The notes beneath the pieces are model-generated. The model saw only the letters and a program-made list of their open reading frames with translations, was not told the DNA's origin and did not search any database. Position numbers and translations under genes: made by a program. This document shows positions 21,340 to 31,359 of a DNA stretch of 64,000 nt, piece after piece; positions within the stretch are counted from its first letter, which is position 1, and every line of letters starts with the position of its first letter. Source of the DNA: Pseudomonadota bacterium (GTDB lineage: Bacteria > Desulfobacterota > Desulfobacteria > Desulfobacterales > RPRI01); the NCBI GenBank assembly GCA_043825875.1, contig JBDRRF010000109.1, forward strand, positions 1-64,000, in the 5' to 3' direction.

Positions 21340-21603
21340 TCAACCTCCGCCGGCTGGAGGAAATATACTGACTATATCACCTTCTTTTAAAACAAGGGCT
21401 TCATTTTCATCGGAAATGCCATGTGATACTCCGTTAAGTATAACAAGCTTAGGCAAATTTGCAGGAATATTCAAAATTTTTGAAATATCTCCAATTGTTG
21501 CACCTTGCCCCAAAGATATCTTTGCCTTACCTTCAGATGATCCTTCCGGCAGATATTGCTTGAAAGTCATGAACATTCTAAGTTCAATGTTAATATTATT
21601 CAT
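21340..21603 (-). CDS. moaD: MoaD/ThiS family sulfur carrier
   Basis: C-terminal LKEGDIVSIFPPAGGG; next to an AOR gene. Confidence 0.85.
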   Translation of the reverse strand: MNNINIELRMFMTFKQYLPEGSSEGKAKISLGQGATIGDISKILNIPANLPKLVILNGVSHGISDENEALVLKEGDIVSIFPPAGGG

Positions 21604-21634
21604 TTATATTATATACTTTTAGATATGCAAAAGC

Positions 21635-23446
21635 TTATTCAAGTCCAAGTTCCGACAATTTCTCCTGAGTAGGAAAGCCATTCTCCCAACCTCTTAGCTT
21701 ATAATACTCCGGCAGCATCTCATCTAACCTGCATACATCATTATTGGGTCCTGCGGGCTCTTCCAGCAGTCTTTTAGGAAGTGTATCATCCTCTTTTGTA
21801 AAACCTGCTTTCTGATTGAACTGACGCTCAATATTCCAAATTCTTTCTCCGGCTTGCACCAACTCTTCTACTGTATAGTTAAAACCTGTTGCACCGTTTA
21901 ACAGACCCTGAACTTCTTCATACAAAAAGCCGGGCGACAATGCTACAAACAGACATAAGCCTACGGAATCAATAATAGCAGTCAGGTTTTGAAAGGTTAT
22001 AACTAATTCGGCTTTTCCCTCGGTTATCAGAGGATCTACTGTACCATGTACACCAAGAATCTCGTTTGCCATTGTATAACCTCTGACATGACAAGCCCCG
22101 CGGTTGGAAGTAGCATATTGAAGACCCATACCCTGAACACCTCGCGGATCATAAGCAGGTGCTTCCAGTTTCTTAACGCCCATGAAGAGTTCCGGATGAC
22201 CGAATCTTTCAGCTAACCGGGCGCCGCCATCCGCCATAATAGCGCCGAAACCTTCTCCTCTACCCATCTTCTCCGTCATAACTACAAGGGCTTCCTTATT
22301 ACCAAAATTCAGCTTCATACCAGCTTCTTCTTCGGTAATATAACCTTTTTCGAAAAGTTCCATTGCTGTGGCTATTGTACCGCCAACTGAAATAGTATCC
22401 ATTCCCAGCTCGCCGCACAAATAACTTGCCTTGGCTATAGGAGCAAGATCGTCGATTCCACAGCTGGAGCCCATCAATATTACATTCTCAAACTCAGGTC
22501 CTTCACCCTCACCTTTGAACTCAGGATCTTCAATCTTAGTGCATTTTGCACAGGCTATAGAACAGGCAAAGCATCCTTTGTGTTTTGTTACTATGGTTTC
22601 AGCCATAGTTTCACCGCTTATCTTACCAGCTTTATCATAAAAAGAAACCTGCCAGTTATATGTGGGTAATATTTTGCACTCATTAACTATATTTACTAAT
22701 ACAGGGGTACCTAATGCAGGTAATGCCTCAGAAGTGACGGGGCCTGCATTTAATTTGTCCATAGCAGATTTAATTGCTGTATTAAAAGCTTCCCTGTCAG
22801 CTATTTTGATACCCTTTGTGCCTCTAACGGCTATAGCTTTCAACTTTTTCGAACCCATGACAGCCCCAACGCCTGTTCGTCCTGCCGCTCTGTTTCTGTT
22901 GCTTATAATACATGCAAGCTTTGACATATTTTCCCCTGCAGGACCGATGCAGGCTATCTGGGTCTCCCTGGCAACAAATTTATCTTCGATTTCTGCTTTT
23001 ATAAGATCATCTGTCTCGTGCGTTGTTTTGCCCCAAAGATCGATGGCCGACCGGATCTCAACATTATCATTGTCTATCCATAAATATACTGGTTCTTCAG
23101 AACAACCCTCAAAAATTATTCCGTCATAACCGGCTTGTTTCAGCTCAGGACCAAAAAAGCCGCCGCAATTGCTGCATGCTATGGTATTGGTTAAAGGTGC
23201 TTTGGTTATCACCATATACCTGGAAGCGGTAGGAGCGCCTGTTCCTGTTAAAGGGCCATTTAAAAATATTAATTTGTTTTCTGCATCCAGAGGATCAATT
23301 GCCGGATCTATTTCATCATATAATATTTTTGTTCCCAAGCCCCTTCCACCTATATACTGCCTCATCAAATCTGGATCTATGTCCTCAACCTCAAATTCGC
23401 CATCAGTTAAGTTGACTCTTAATATTTTACCTATGTAACCTTCCAT
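21635..23446 (-). CDS. aor: tungsten aldehyde:ferredoxin oxidoreductase (canonical AOR-like), AOR-1
   Basis: GKILRVNL, YIGGRGLG, AAGRTGVGAVMGSKKLKA, CFACSIAC, GPEFE, DTIS and NRGACH motifs. Confidence 0.92.
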   Translation of the reverse strand: MEGYIGKILRVNLTDGEFEVEDIDPDLMRQYIGGRGLGTKILYDEIDPAIDPLDAENKLIFLNGPLTGTGAPTASRYMVITKAPLTNTIACSNCGGFFGPELKQAGYDGIIFEGCSEEPVYLWIDNDNVEIRSAIDLWGKTTHETDDLIKAEIEDKFVARETQIACIGPAGENMSKLACIISNRNRAAGRTGVGAVMGSKKLKAIAVRGTKGIKIADREAFNTAIKSAMDKLNAGPVTSEALPALGTPVLVNIVNECKILPTYNWQVSFYDKAGKISGETMAETIVTKHKGCFACSIACAKCTKIEDPEFKGEGEGPEFENVILMGSSCGIDDLAPIAKASYLCGELGMDTISVGGTIATAMELFEKGYITEEEAGMKLNFGNKEALVVMTEKMGRGEGFGAIMADGGARLAERFGHPELFMGVKKLEAPAYDPRGVQGMGLQYATSNRGACHVRGYTMANEILGVHGTVDPLITEGKAELVITFQNLTAIIDSVGLCLFVALSPGFLYEEVQGLLNGATGFNYTVEELVQAGERIWNIERQFNQKAGFTKEDDTLPKRLLEEPAGPNNDVCRLDEMLPEYYKLRGWENGFPTQEKLSELGLE

Positions 23447-23749
23447 ATCGATCTGCCTCCTTTGCTTAGCATTGACTAAGTGTTCAATATGTTATTGGTT
23501 TTGAACTAAAAAAGCTTCCATTTTTTTAAAATCATTGAAAAAAAGATTGCCGAATATTTATGTGAGATATAAACTAAAAACAGATATAATTGTCAAGGAA
23601 TTTAATATGAAATGTATAAAAGAATCAAGCTGTTTAGACATTGTTGTCATAGGTTGGTTCGGGCGTTAATGCTTTTTGGGCAATGTAATTTTTCCTCAAA
23701 CCTGTAGTAGTACCAGTATACTTAAATTAATAATAAGGAGATATAAGCA

Positions 23750-24442
23750 ATGAACAATTCGGCTCTTCACAAGCTAAGTTATGGATTATATGTGATCAGT
23801 TCTGAACGTAACGGCAAACTAAACGGCCAGATAGCCAACACGGTTTTCCAGATCACATCGGAACCTGCTACCATAGCAGTTAGTATCAATAAGCAGAATC
23901 TTACGCATGATTTTATCAAAGAAAGCCGAAAATTTTCCGTATCAATATTATCCACTTCAGCTCCTATGGAATTTATTGGGTGTTTCGGTTTTAAATGCGG
24001 GCGTGAAATAAATAAATTTGAAAATATTAATTACCGTATGGGAGAAACCGGAGTACCTGTTGTAACTGATCATAGCGTGGCTTTTATTGAGGCTGAAGTT
24101 ATTGGAGAGCTGGATTGCGGTACCCACCGGATTTTTCTGGCTGAAATTAAAAACTGTGACAGCCTAAGCGATGAAGAACCTATGACATATGCCTATTATC
24201 ACACTGTCAAAAGAGGCAAGGCACCGAAAACCGCACCTACATATCAGGCTGAAGCACCTAAACCAAAGGAGCAGGGTAGCGGTATGCAAAAATATGCCTG
24301 TTCGGTTTGCGGATATATTTATGATCCTGAAACCGGAGATCCGGATAATGGTGTAAAGCCGGGAACAACATTCGAAGATTTGCCCGATGATTGGGTATGT
24401 CCTGTATGCGGAGCGGATAAAAGCAATTTTTCACCTGAATAA
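23750..24442 (+). CDS. flavin reductase-rubredoxin fusion (high-molecular-weight rubredoxin type)
   Basis: LSYGLYV...GTH flavin reductase domain; C-terminal [12 protein letters not shown]...DWVCPVC rubredoxin. Confidence 0.9.
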   Translation: MNNSALHKLSYGLYVISSERNGKLNGQIANTVFQITSEPATIAVSINKQNLTHDFIKESRKFSVSILSTSAPMEFIGCFGFKCGREINKFENINYRMGETGVPVVTDHSVAFIEAEVIGELDCGTHRIFLAEIKNCDSLSDEEPMTYAYYHTVKRGKAPKTAPTYQAEAPKPKEQGSGMQKYACSVCGYIYDPETGDPDNGVKPGTTFEDLPDDWVCPVCGADKSNFSPE

Positions 24443-24530
24443 TCTTTAATCCTGGCATAGGATATTATTGAAACCTCCTTACCCGTAAACTATGAGCAGT
24501 TCACGGATAGGAGGTTTTCTTTATATGTCT

Positions 24531-24570
24531 CTAAACCTGATGACCAAAAATTGCATTCACCGGGAATTGC
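24531..24570 (+). repeat. 40-bp dispersed repeat, copy 1 (possible IS-end remnant)
   Basis: 37/40 identical to 33578-33617, same orientation. Confidence 0.7.
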
Positions 24571-24573
24571 AGC

Positions 24574-27500
24574 TTATTCTTTGAGCTGTTTTATTCTACT
24601 GTGATATTCCTGCAAAGGGCATACTTTGGGTTCTTCTTCACGGCGGGCAGCAATTCCTTTGGCTGCTGCGATTGCAGCAGCAGTTGTTGATATATAGGGA
24701 ACTTTGTACTTTATAGCTGTTTTTCTGATATTGGAACTGTCTTGCGCACTTTTTCTGCCACTGGGGGTATTAATTAAAAGATTTATTTTACCTATCTTTA
24801 TAGCATCCATTAAATCGGGTCTTCCTAAACCAAGCTTTGATACAGGTGTGGCTTCTATCCCTTTTTCTTTTAAAAATTCGCAGGTACCTTTTGTCGCCAT
24901 AATTGTAAACCCAAGATCTCTGAACAATCTAACTGGTTCAAGAGCAGCGGTCTTATCCCTGTCTGCAATTGTAAATAAAACGCATCCTTCAAGAGGGAGT
25001 GTAAGTTGAGCAGCTTCTTGTGCTTTATAAAAAGCTCTTCCGTATGATGTTGAAAGCCCAAGAACTTCTCCTGTTGAGCGCATTTCCGGTCCCAATACAG
25101 GATCGACTTCATGAAACATATTGAAAGGAAATACCGATTCCTTTATGCCATAGTAAGGAATTATGTGCTGTGTAAGATTAAGTTCGGAAAGTGTTTTGCC
25201 TAAAACAATCTGTGTTGCAAGTCTTGCCATCGAAATATTGCAAACCTTTGATACAATAGGAACTGTTCGGGAGGCTCTGGGATTTGCCTCAAGAACATAA
25301 ACCGTATTGTCGTGTATTGCATATTGTATATTCATCAGGCCAACAACATGAAGGGCTACCGCAATTTTTTTTGTATATTCATTTATCGTTTCTATATGTT
25401 TTGGCGGGATGCTTACAGGAGGAATCACACATGCCGAATCTCCCGAATGAATGCCTGCAAGCTCAATATGCTCCATTACGGCAGGAACAAAAGCATTTGT
25501 TCCGTCTGCAATTGCATCGGCTTCCGCTTCTATAGCATTATCAAGGAATTTATCTATTAGAACAGGCCGTTCGGTAGAAACATTTACTGCGGCTTTAAGA
25601 TAATGTTTTAACATATCTTCGTTTCGGATAATTTCCATTCCGCGTCCCCCAAGAACATATGAAGGACGAACCATAAGAGGATATCCTATTCTGTCTGCTA
25701 TTTCTTTTGCTTCTTCCATGTTGATAGCCATACCGGATTCTGGCTGTGGTATGCCAAGCTCTCGCATAACTCTTCTGAACTGGTCGCGGTCTTCGGCGAA
25801 ATCAATAGTTTCCGGAGAAGTACCAAGAATTTTGACTCCGGCCTCTTCAAGCTCTTTTGCAATATTAAGTGGTGTCTGGCCACCAAATTGAACTATAACC
25901 CCTTCGGGTTTTTCCTTTTCATATATGCTTAAAACATCTTCTACAGTCAGAGGCTCGAAATATAATTTATCGGAGGTATCATAGTCGGTTGATACTGTTT
26001 CAGGATTACAGTTTATCATTATGGATTCGAATCCGGCATCTCTTATAGCAAACGCTGTATGAACACAGCAATAATCAAATTCTATGCCCTGGCCTATCCG
26101 GTTAGGGCCTCCGCCAAGAACCATGATCTTTTTTCTGTTGCTTACAGCTACTTTATCAGAAGCATTATATGTAGAATAATAATAAGCCGAATTTTCAACT
26201 CCGCTCACAGGCACAGGTTCCCATGCTTCAATGACTCCGAGTTTTATTCTTTGTTCCCTGATCATTTTTTCGGGTACATCAAGCAACCCAGCAATATACT
26301 TATCGGAAAAGCCGTCTTTTTTTGCCTGTACAAGAAGCTTGTCGGCAAGTTGTTTGCCCTTGCATTCCAAAAGACTTTCTTCTATATCAACCAGTTCTTT
26401 CATCTGCTGAATAAACCAGGGTTTGATATGGGTGATTTCATATAACTCTTCGATGTCTGCGCCTTTGCGTAAAGCTTCATACATGATAAAATGACGCTCG
26501 CTGGTTGGAATTCTAAGCATATTAATCAGATTCTCTAAAGGCTGTTCATTAAAATCTTTGGCAAAACCTAATCCATAGCGGTTTATCTCAAGGCTTCTTA
26601 TTGCTTTTTGAAAAGCTTCTTTGTAATTTTTTCCTATGCTCATTACTTCGCCAACAGCTTTCATCTGAGTGCCTAACCTGTCTTCTACTCCTTCAAATTT
26701 TTCGAATGCCCACCTGGCGAATTTTATAACTACATAATCGCCAGAGGGTGTGTACTTTTCAAGAGTTCCATCCCGCCAGTAAGGAATTTCATCTAAGGTC
26801 ATACCACCTGCAAGAAGTGTTGATACTCTTGCGATAGGAAATCCGGTTGCTTTTGATGCCAGAGCTGAAGAACGGGAAGTGCGGGGATTAATTTCAATTA
26901 CTACAACCCTTCCGGTTTCTGGGTCATGGGCAAACTGAATGTTTGTGCCACCTATGACTTCTATGGCTTTAACTATTGCATAAGAATAATCTTGTAAGCG
27001 CTTTTGAAGTTTTGGGTCAATTGTAAGCATTGGAGCCGAGCAAAAACTGTCGCCAGTATGAATACCCATGGCATCAATATTTTCAATAAAACAGACTGTG
27101 ATCATCTGGTTTTTAGAATCGCGCACTACCTCGAGTTCAAGTTCTTCCCAGCCGAGAACGGATTCTTCCACAAGAATCTGACGGACCCGGCTTGCCGATA
27201 GTCCACGACTGGCAACGGTTCTTAGTTCTTCAATATTATATACAAGTCCGCCGCCTGTTCCGCCCATAGTATAGGCCGGACGTATAACAACCGGATAGCC
27301 AAGTTCATTCGCAATTTGTTCTGCGTCTTCAACATTGTTTACGATCTTGCTTTTTGGCATATCGATTCCAAGACGATTCATAGTATCCTTGAAAGCCTGG
27401 CGATCTTCACCGCGTTCTATTGCATCAACATTTACACCAATAATTTTTACAGAATATTTTTCTAAAACGCCTGCACTGTATAGCTCTGAAGATAGGTTTA

Positions 27501-27786
27501 ATCCGGTTTGTCCGCCTAAATTAGGCAAAAGGGCATCAGGCCTTTCTTTAGCAATAATTTCTGTGAGTGTTTTAAGATTAAGTGGTTCTATATATGTAAT
27601 ATCGGCTGTTCCCGGATCTGTCATGATAGTAGCCGGGTTTGAATTAACAAGAACGACTTTATAGCCCATCGAACGCAGTGCTTTGCAAGCCTGAGTACCT
27701 GAATAGTCAAATTCGCAGGCCTGGCCGATGATAATCGGGCCTGAACCTATTATAAGAACTTTATTAATATCGTTACGTCTTGGCAT
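24574..27786 (-). CDS. carB: carbamoyl-phosphate synthase large subunit
   Basis: MPRRNDINKVLIIGSGPIIIGQACEFDYSG, GGPNRIGQGIEFDYC and an MGS domain; start at ATG 27786 after GGAG. Confidence 0.97.
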   Translation of the reverse strand: MPRRNDINKVLIIGSGPIIIGQACEFDYSGTQACKALRSMGYKVVLVNSNPATIMTDPGTADITYIEPLNLKTLTEIIAKERPDALLPNLGGQTGLNLSSELYSAGVLEKYSVKIIGVNVDAIERGEDRQAFKDTMNRLGIDMPKSKIVNNVEDAEQIANELGYPVVIRPAYTMGGTGGGLVYNIEELRTVASRGLSASRVRQILVEESVLGWEELELEVVRDSKNQMITVCFIENIDAMGIHTGDSFCSAPMLTIDPKLQKRLQDYSYAIVKAIEVIGGTNIQFAHDPETGRVVVIEINPRTSRSSALASKATGFPIARVSTLLAGGMTLDEIPYWRDGTLEKYTPSGDYVVIKFARWAFEKFEGVEDRLGTQMKAVGEVMSIGKNYKEAFQKAIRSLEINRYGLGFAKDFNEQPLENLINMLRIPTSERHFIMYEALRKGADIEELYEITHIKPWFIQQMKELVDIEESLLECKGKQLADKLLVQAKKDGFSDKYIAGLLDVPEKMIREQRIKLGVIEAWEPVPVSGVENSAYYYSTYNASDKVAVSNRKKIMVLGGGPNRIGQGIEFDYCCVHTAFAIRDAGFESIMINCNPETVSTDYDTSDKLYFEPLTVEDVLSIYEKEKPEGVIVQFGGQTPLNIAKELEEAGVKILGTSPETIDFAEDRDQFRRVMRELGIPQPESGMAINMEEAKEIADRIGYPLMVRPSYVLGGRGMEIIRNEDMLKHYLKAAVNVSTERPVLIDKFLDNAIEAEADAIADGTNAFVPAVMEHIELAGIHSGDSACVIPPVSIPPKHIETINEYTKKIAVALHVVGLMNIQYAIHDNTVYVLEANPRASRTVPIVSKVCNISMARLATQIVLGKTLSELNLTQHIIPYYGIKESVFPFNMFHEVDPVLGPEMRSTGEVLGLSTSYGRAFYKAQEAAQLTLPLEGCVLFTIADRDKTAALEPVRLFRDLGFTIMATKGTCEFLKEKGIEATPVSKLGLGRPDLMDAIKIGKINLLINTPSGRKSAQDSSNIRKTAIKYKVPYISTTAAAIAAAKGIAARREEEPKVCPLQEYHSRIKQLKE

Positions 27787-28069
27787 GGTTACTCCTTTGA
27801 AATTTAATGTGTCAACTTCCATCGGCCTAAAGTCGATAACTTGAGCCTTTGAATCCTGTGGGCCTTTTAAAAAATATTAGCAATACTGGAAAATGCATGT
27901 TAGTTTGAGCTTAACTTAAAATCAAGATTAAATAATAACAATTTTTATGCTTGTTTAATTTAAATTGCGTGTTATAAAAAATCCTCATGCTTTTTAAAAT
28001 CATGATAATAAGTCAAATATAGTCAGATAGTTCTATAATTCTAATTTATAAATAACCAAGGGAATTATT

Positions 28070-29473
28070 ATGGGCGGATTTTTTGGGGTAGTATCAAAAC
28101 ATGACTGTGTAAACGATCTTTACTATGGTACGGATTATCATTCACATCTTGGCACAAAACGTGGTGGTATGGCTGTTTATAACCGTAAAGGTTTTGAAAG
28201 ATCTATTCACAGCATAGAAAATAATTATTTCAGGTCAAAATTTGAATCGGATCTTCCAAAGTTTAAAGGAAAACTTGGAATAGGAGTTATCAGCGATAAT
28301 GATTCCCAACCGCTTATTATAGGATCGCACATGGGAACGTTTGCCATAGCGACTGTTGGAAAACTCAATAATATAGATGAACTTGCAAAAGTTGCATTTA
28401 AGAAAAAAATGCATTTTTCCGAATACAGTGGAGGAAACACCAATCCTACGGAACTTGTGGCAATGCTTGTTTGTTCTGAAAATAACTTTGAAGATGGAAT
28501 AGCCAGGGCTCAGGAGTTAATCAAAGGCTCATGTTCAATCCTTTTGCTGACAAACAAAGGCCTTTTTGCTGCAAGAGACAGGCTGGGTAGAACTCCGATT
28601 GTTATAGGAAAAAAAGATGGCGCTTTTGCAGTTGCTTCGGAAAATTGTTCATTTCCGAATCTTGGGTATACAACCGAGGCTTTTCTTGGCCCTGGCGAAA
28701 TAATATTTATGGATGCAGAAGGATATATTGCAAAAAAACCTCCGGGAGATAAGTTGCAGGTATGTTCGTTTCTCTGGGTTTATTATGGTTATCCTGCATC
28801 TGAATATGAAGGTATTAATGTAGAATATGTTAGAAACAGGTGCGGCAGCGCTCTTGCTAAAAATGATAATGTTGAAATCGACTGTGTTGCCGGTATACCT
28901 GATTCAGGAATAGGGCATGCCATTGGCTATGCAAATGAAAAGAAAGTTCCTTATGTCCGTCCATTTGTAAAATACACTCCAACATGGCCTAGAAGTTTTA
29001 TGCCTCAGAATCAGAAAACAAGAGACCTTGTTGCAAGAATGAAACTTATTCCTGTAAAAAAACTTATTGAAGGAAAGAGAATCCTTTTTTGTGAAGATTC
29101 AATAGTAAGAGGTACCCAACTTAAAGAGAATATACAAGTCTTATTCGATTATGGTGCCCTTGAAGCACACATGCGGCCAGCTTGCCCCACACTGATTTAT
29201 CCTTGCGATTTTTTAAATTTTTCGGCTTCAAGATCAACGCTTGATCTTGCCGGAAGAAAAGTAATCCGGGAACTAGAAGGACGTGAAGATGTTAATCTTG
29301 AGGAATATGCTCTTGCAGGTTCTGATAAAAACCTTATGATGATTGACAGAATCCGGCAGCATTTGAAATTAACTACATTGCGTTATCAAAAGCTTGATGA
29401 TCTTGTTGATGCTATAGGTCTTCCTAAAGAAAAACTGTGTACACACTGCTGGGATGGAACAAGTTATTTTTGA
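28070..29473 (+). CDS. purF: amidophosphoribosyltransferase-like protein lacking the N-terminal Cys
   Basis: ARDRLGRTP, VASE, GIPDSG, EDSIVRGT PRPP loop and Fe-S cysteines (CSF, CTHCW); N-terminus is MGGFFG. Confidence 0.85.
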   Translation: MGGFFGVVSKHDCVNDLYYGTDYHSHLGTKRGGMAVYNRKGFERSIHSIENNYFRSKFESDLPKFKGKLGIGVISDNDSQPLIIGSHMGTFAIATVGKLNNIDELAKVAFKKKMHFSEYSGGNTNPTELVAMLVCSENNFEDGIARAQELIKGSCSILLLTNKGLFAARDRLGRTPIVIGKKDGAFAVASENCSFPNLGYTTEAFLGPGEIIFMDAEGYIAKKPPGDKLQVCSFLWVYYGYPASEYEGINVEYVRNRCGSALAKNDNVEIDCVAGIPDSGIGHAIGYANEKKVPYVRPFVKYTPTWPRSFMPQNQKTRDLVARMKLIPVKKLIEGKRILFCEDSIVRGTQLKENIQVLFDYGALEAHMRPACPTLIYPCDFLNFSASRSTLDLAGRKVIRELEGREDVNLEEYALAGSDKNLMMIDRIRQHLKLTTLRYQKLDDLVDAIGLPKEKLCTHCWDGTSYF

Positions 29474-29513
29474 TATTTACGTAAAAAATAGTTTGCATTG
29501 AAAGTTGTGTTAA

Positions 29514-30305
29514 ATGATTATTGTTGCAGACAATATCAGGATTACAGATCAAATAATTGCAGATGCAATTTCTCAAATGAATCCGGTTCCGATACAAAAG
29601 ATTGTTATGGAATGCGAGAAAGCAGGTGCACAGGTTATAGATGTAAATTCAGGTCCATTGTCACGAACGCCTGAAAAACAGATGGTTTTTCTGATTGATG
29701 CCATTCAGGAAGTTTCCAAACTTCCTTTGATTGTAGATACTGCAAACCCAAAAGCCATGGAGGCTGGTATTCGCGCATGCAAAAACAAAGCGATAGTAAA
29801 CGGCTTTTCCTTAGAACCGGCAAAGCTTGATAAAATACTTCCTCTTGCCAAAAAATACCAGACAGATATCATAGGTTATCTTTTATATCCGAACGGCCAT
29901 GTACCGCCGGATGGGGATAAACGTCTGGAAATAGCTATTGAACTTTTTGAGCAATTCAAAAAACACGGCATTGACGAAAATCGTCTGATTATAGATCCTA
30001 TAATTGCTCCTCTCTCCTGGCAAAGCGGCAAATTTCAGGCCAAAGAAATTCTATATGTAATAAAGCATCTGCCGGAAATATTCGGCTTTCCGGTAAGAAC
30101 CATTGCAGGATTATCAAATCTTACAACAGGAAGAGGGCATAAAGCTCAAAAATTAATTATGGAAAGAACCTATCTTTCAATGCTTGCATCCGCAGGTCTT
30201 TCAATGATTATGATGAATGTATTACATAATGATAGCATAAAGACCGTAAGAGCTTGTAATTTGCTTATTGATGAGAAGATTTTTGCATGGGAAGAAATGG
30301 ATTAA
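29514..30305 (+). CDS. pterin-binding (AcsE/MetH methyl-THF-binding-like) protein
   Basis: GAQVIDVN, PLIVDTAN, IVNG, IIDP and AGLSN motifs. Confidence 0.8.
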   Translation: MIIVADNIRITDQIIADAISQMNPVPIQKIVMECEKAGAQVIDVNSGPLSRTPEKQMVFLIDAIQEVSKLPLIVDTANPKAMEAGIRACKNKAIVNGFSLEPAKLDKILPLAKKYQTDIIGYLLYPNGHVPPDGDKRLEIAIELFEQFKKHGIDENRLIIDPIIAPLSWQSGKFQAKEILYVIKHLPEIFGFPVRTIAGLSNLTTGRGHKAQKLIMERTYLSMLASAGLSMIMMNVLHNDSIKTVRACNLLIDEKIFAWEEMD

Positions 30306-30377
30306 GATTTCTCACTTTGTTCGAAATGACAAATACAAAACCAAATTTATGAAGCTATGTGCTGAGTTGATTAAATG

Positions 30378-31199
30378 CTATAGGCGTTCTTCTTTTACCG
30401 TACCGCCCCATTCTTTGAGATTAGTTGAAATAAAATCTACTACCATCTTGTGAGTTTTACTGCCATTACCTTCTATCTTGAGGGGTTTTCCGAACTTTAC
30501 ATAAATTGTTTTATGCGGATCAACCGCTCCCATGTCTTTGAGCAGCCTGCCGTTTACCTGAAAATCAGTCTTAAGGGCAACAGGAATTACATGTACGCCC
30601 GCTCTTTTAGCAAGTTTTACTCCAAGTGAATTAAAAGAGCCTGGATCGAAAACTGTGTTTCTTGTTGCCTGAGGAAATATAAATACGGATTTTCCGCTTT
30701 TTAAACATGCTTCTCCTGCCGAAAATACTTTATATAGATCTTCCTTTGGATTTTGTCTTGATACTGCTATCGAATTTACTGCCTTCATTATATGGCCCCA
30801 AAATGGATATTTAATCAGTTCTTCTTTTATCACAAAGGCAACCTGTTTAAATGCCAATATAATAGTGGGCATAATCAAAGTGTCTATCATACTCATGTGG
30901 TTTGACACAAACACAACAGGCTCGTTATGTTCATATATATAGTTGAGGCCGGATATATCCAATTTCCCTCCGGCAGATTCGATTATTTTAATTGTCTGAT
31001 AAGAAGATTGTGCCCATCTTTTTTTACTATATTTTCCGATTCGGGCTATAAAACTATCTCTAACTATAACAGATATAAGCAGTGAATAATAGATAAACGA
31101 CGGCAATCCGGGGATATTTTTTATCGGCAAAAGATGTTTATCCGCACTAAGATAGCAATTTTCCGATTTAAGTATTTGTGTGAAATTTATAATATTCAT
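30378..31199 (-). CDS. plsC: 1-acyl-sn-glycerol-3-phosphate acyltransferase
   Basis: NHMSMID (HX4D), FVIKEEL, FPQATR and IPVA motifs. Confidence 0.85.
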   Translation of the reverse strand: MNIINFTQILKSENCYLSADKHLLPIKNIPGLPSFIYYSLLISVIVRDSFIARIGKYSKKRWAQSSYQTIKIIESAGGKLDISGLNYIYEHNEPVVFVSNHMSMIDTLIMPTIILAFKQVAFVIKEELIKYPFWGHIMKAVNSIAVSRQNPKEDLYKVFSAGEACLKSGKSVFIFPQATRNTVFDPGSFNSLGVKLAKRAGVHVIPVALKTDFQVNGRLLKDMGAVDPHKTIYVKFGKPLKIEGNGSKTHKMVVDFISTNLKEWGGTVKEERL

Positions 31200-31359
31200 C
31201 CCAAAATAGCCTAACATACAATTAAGAGTTCTTCAAAAATACATCCCCTGTTTTCTATTTTATTCTATATTCCGGAAAGGAGATCTTTAAGCGCGACTTA
31301 ATGATGGACTCTTTATGAGTCCATCGTAATTGATTAACTGTCGATAAGAATTTATGGAA

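Noticed and set aside
21635..23446. Calling AOR-1 bamB (benzoyl-CoA reductase)
   Set aside because: Its motifs read as canonical AOR and no benzoyl-CoA pathway genes are in the window; a phylogeny is needed before any such call.
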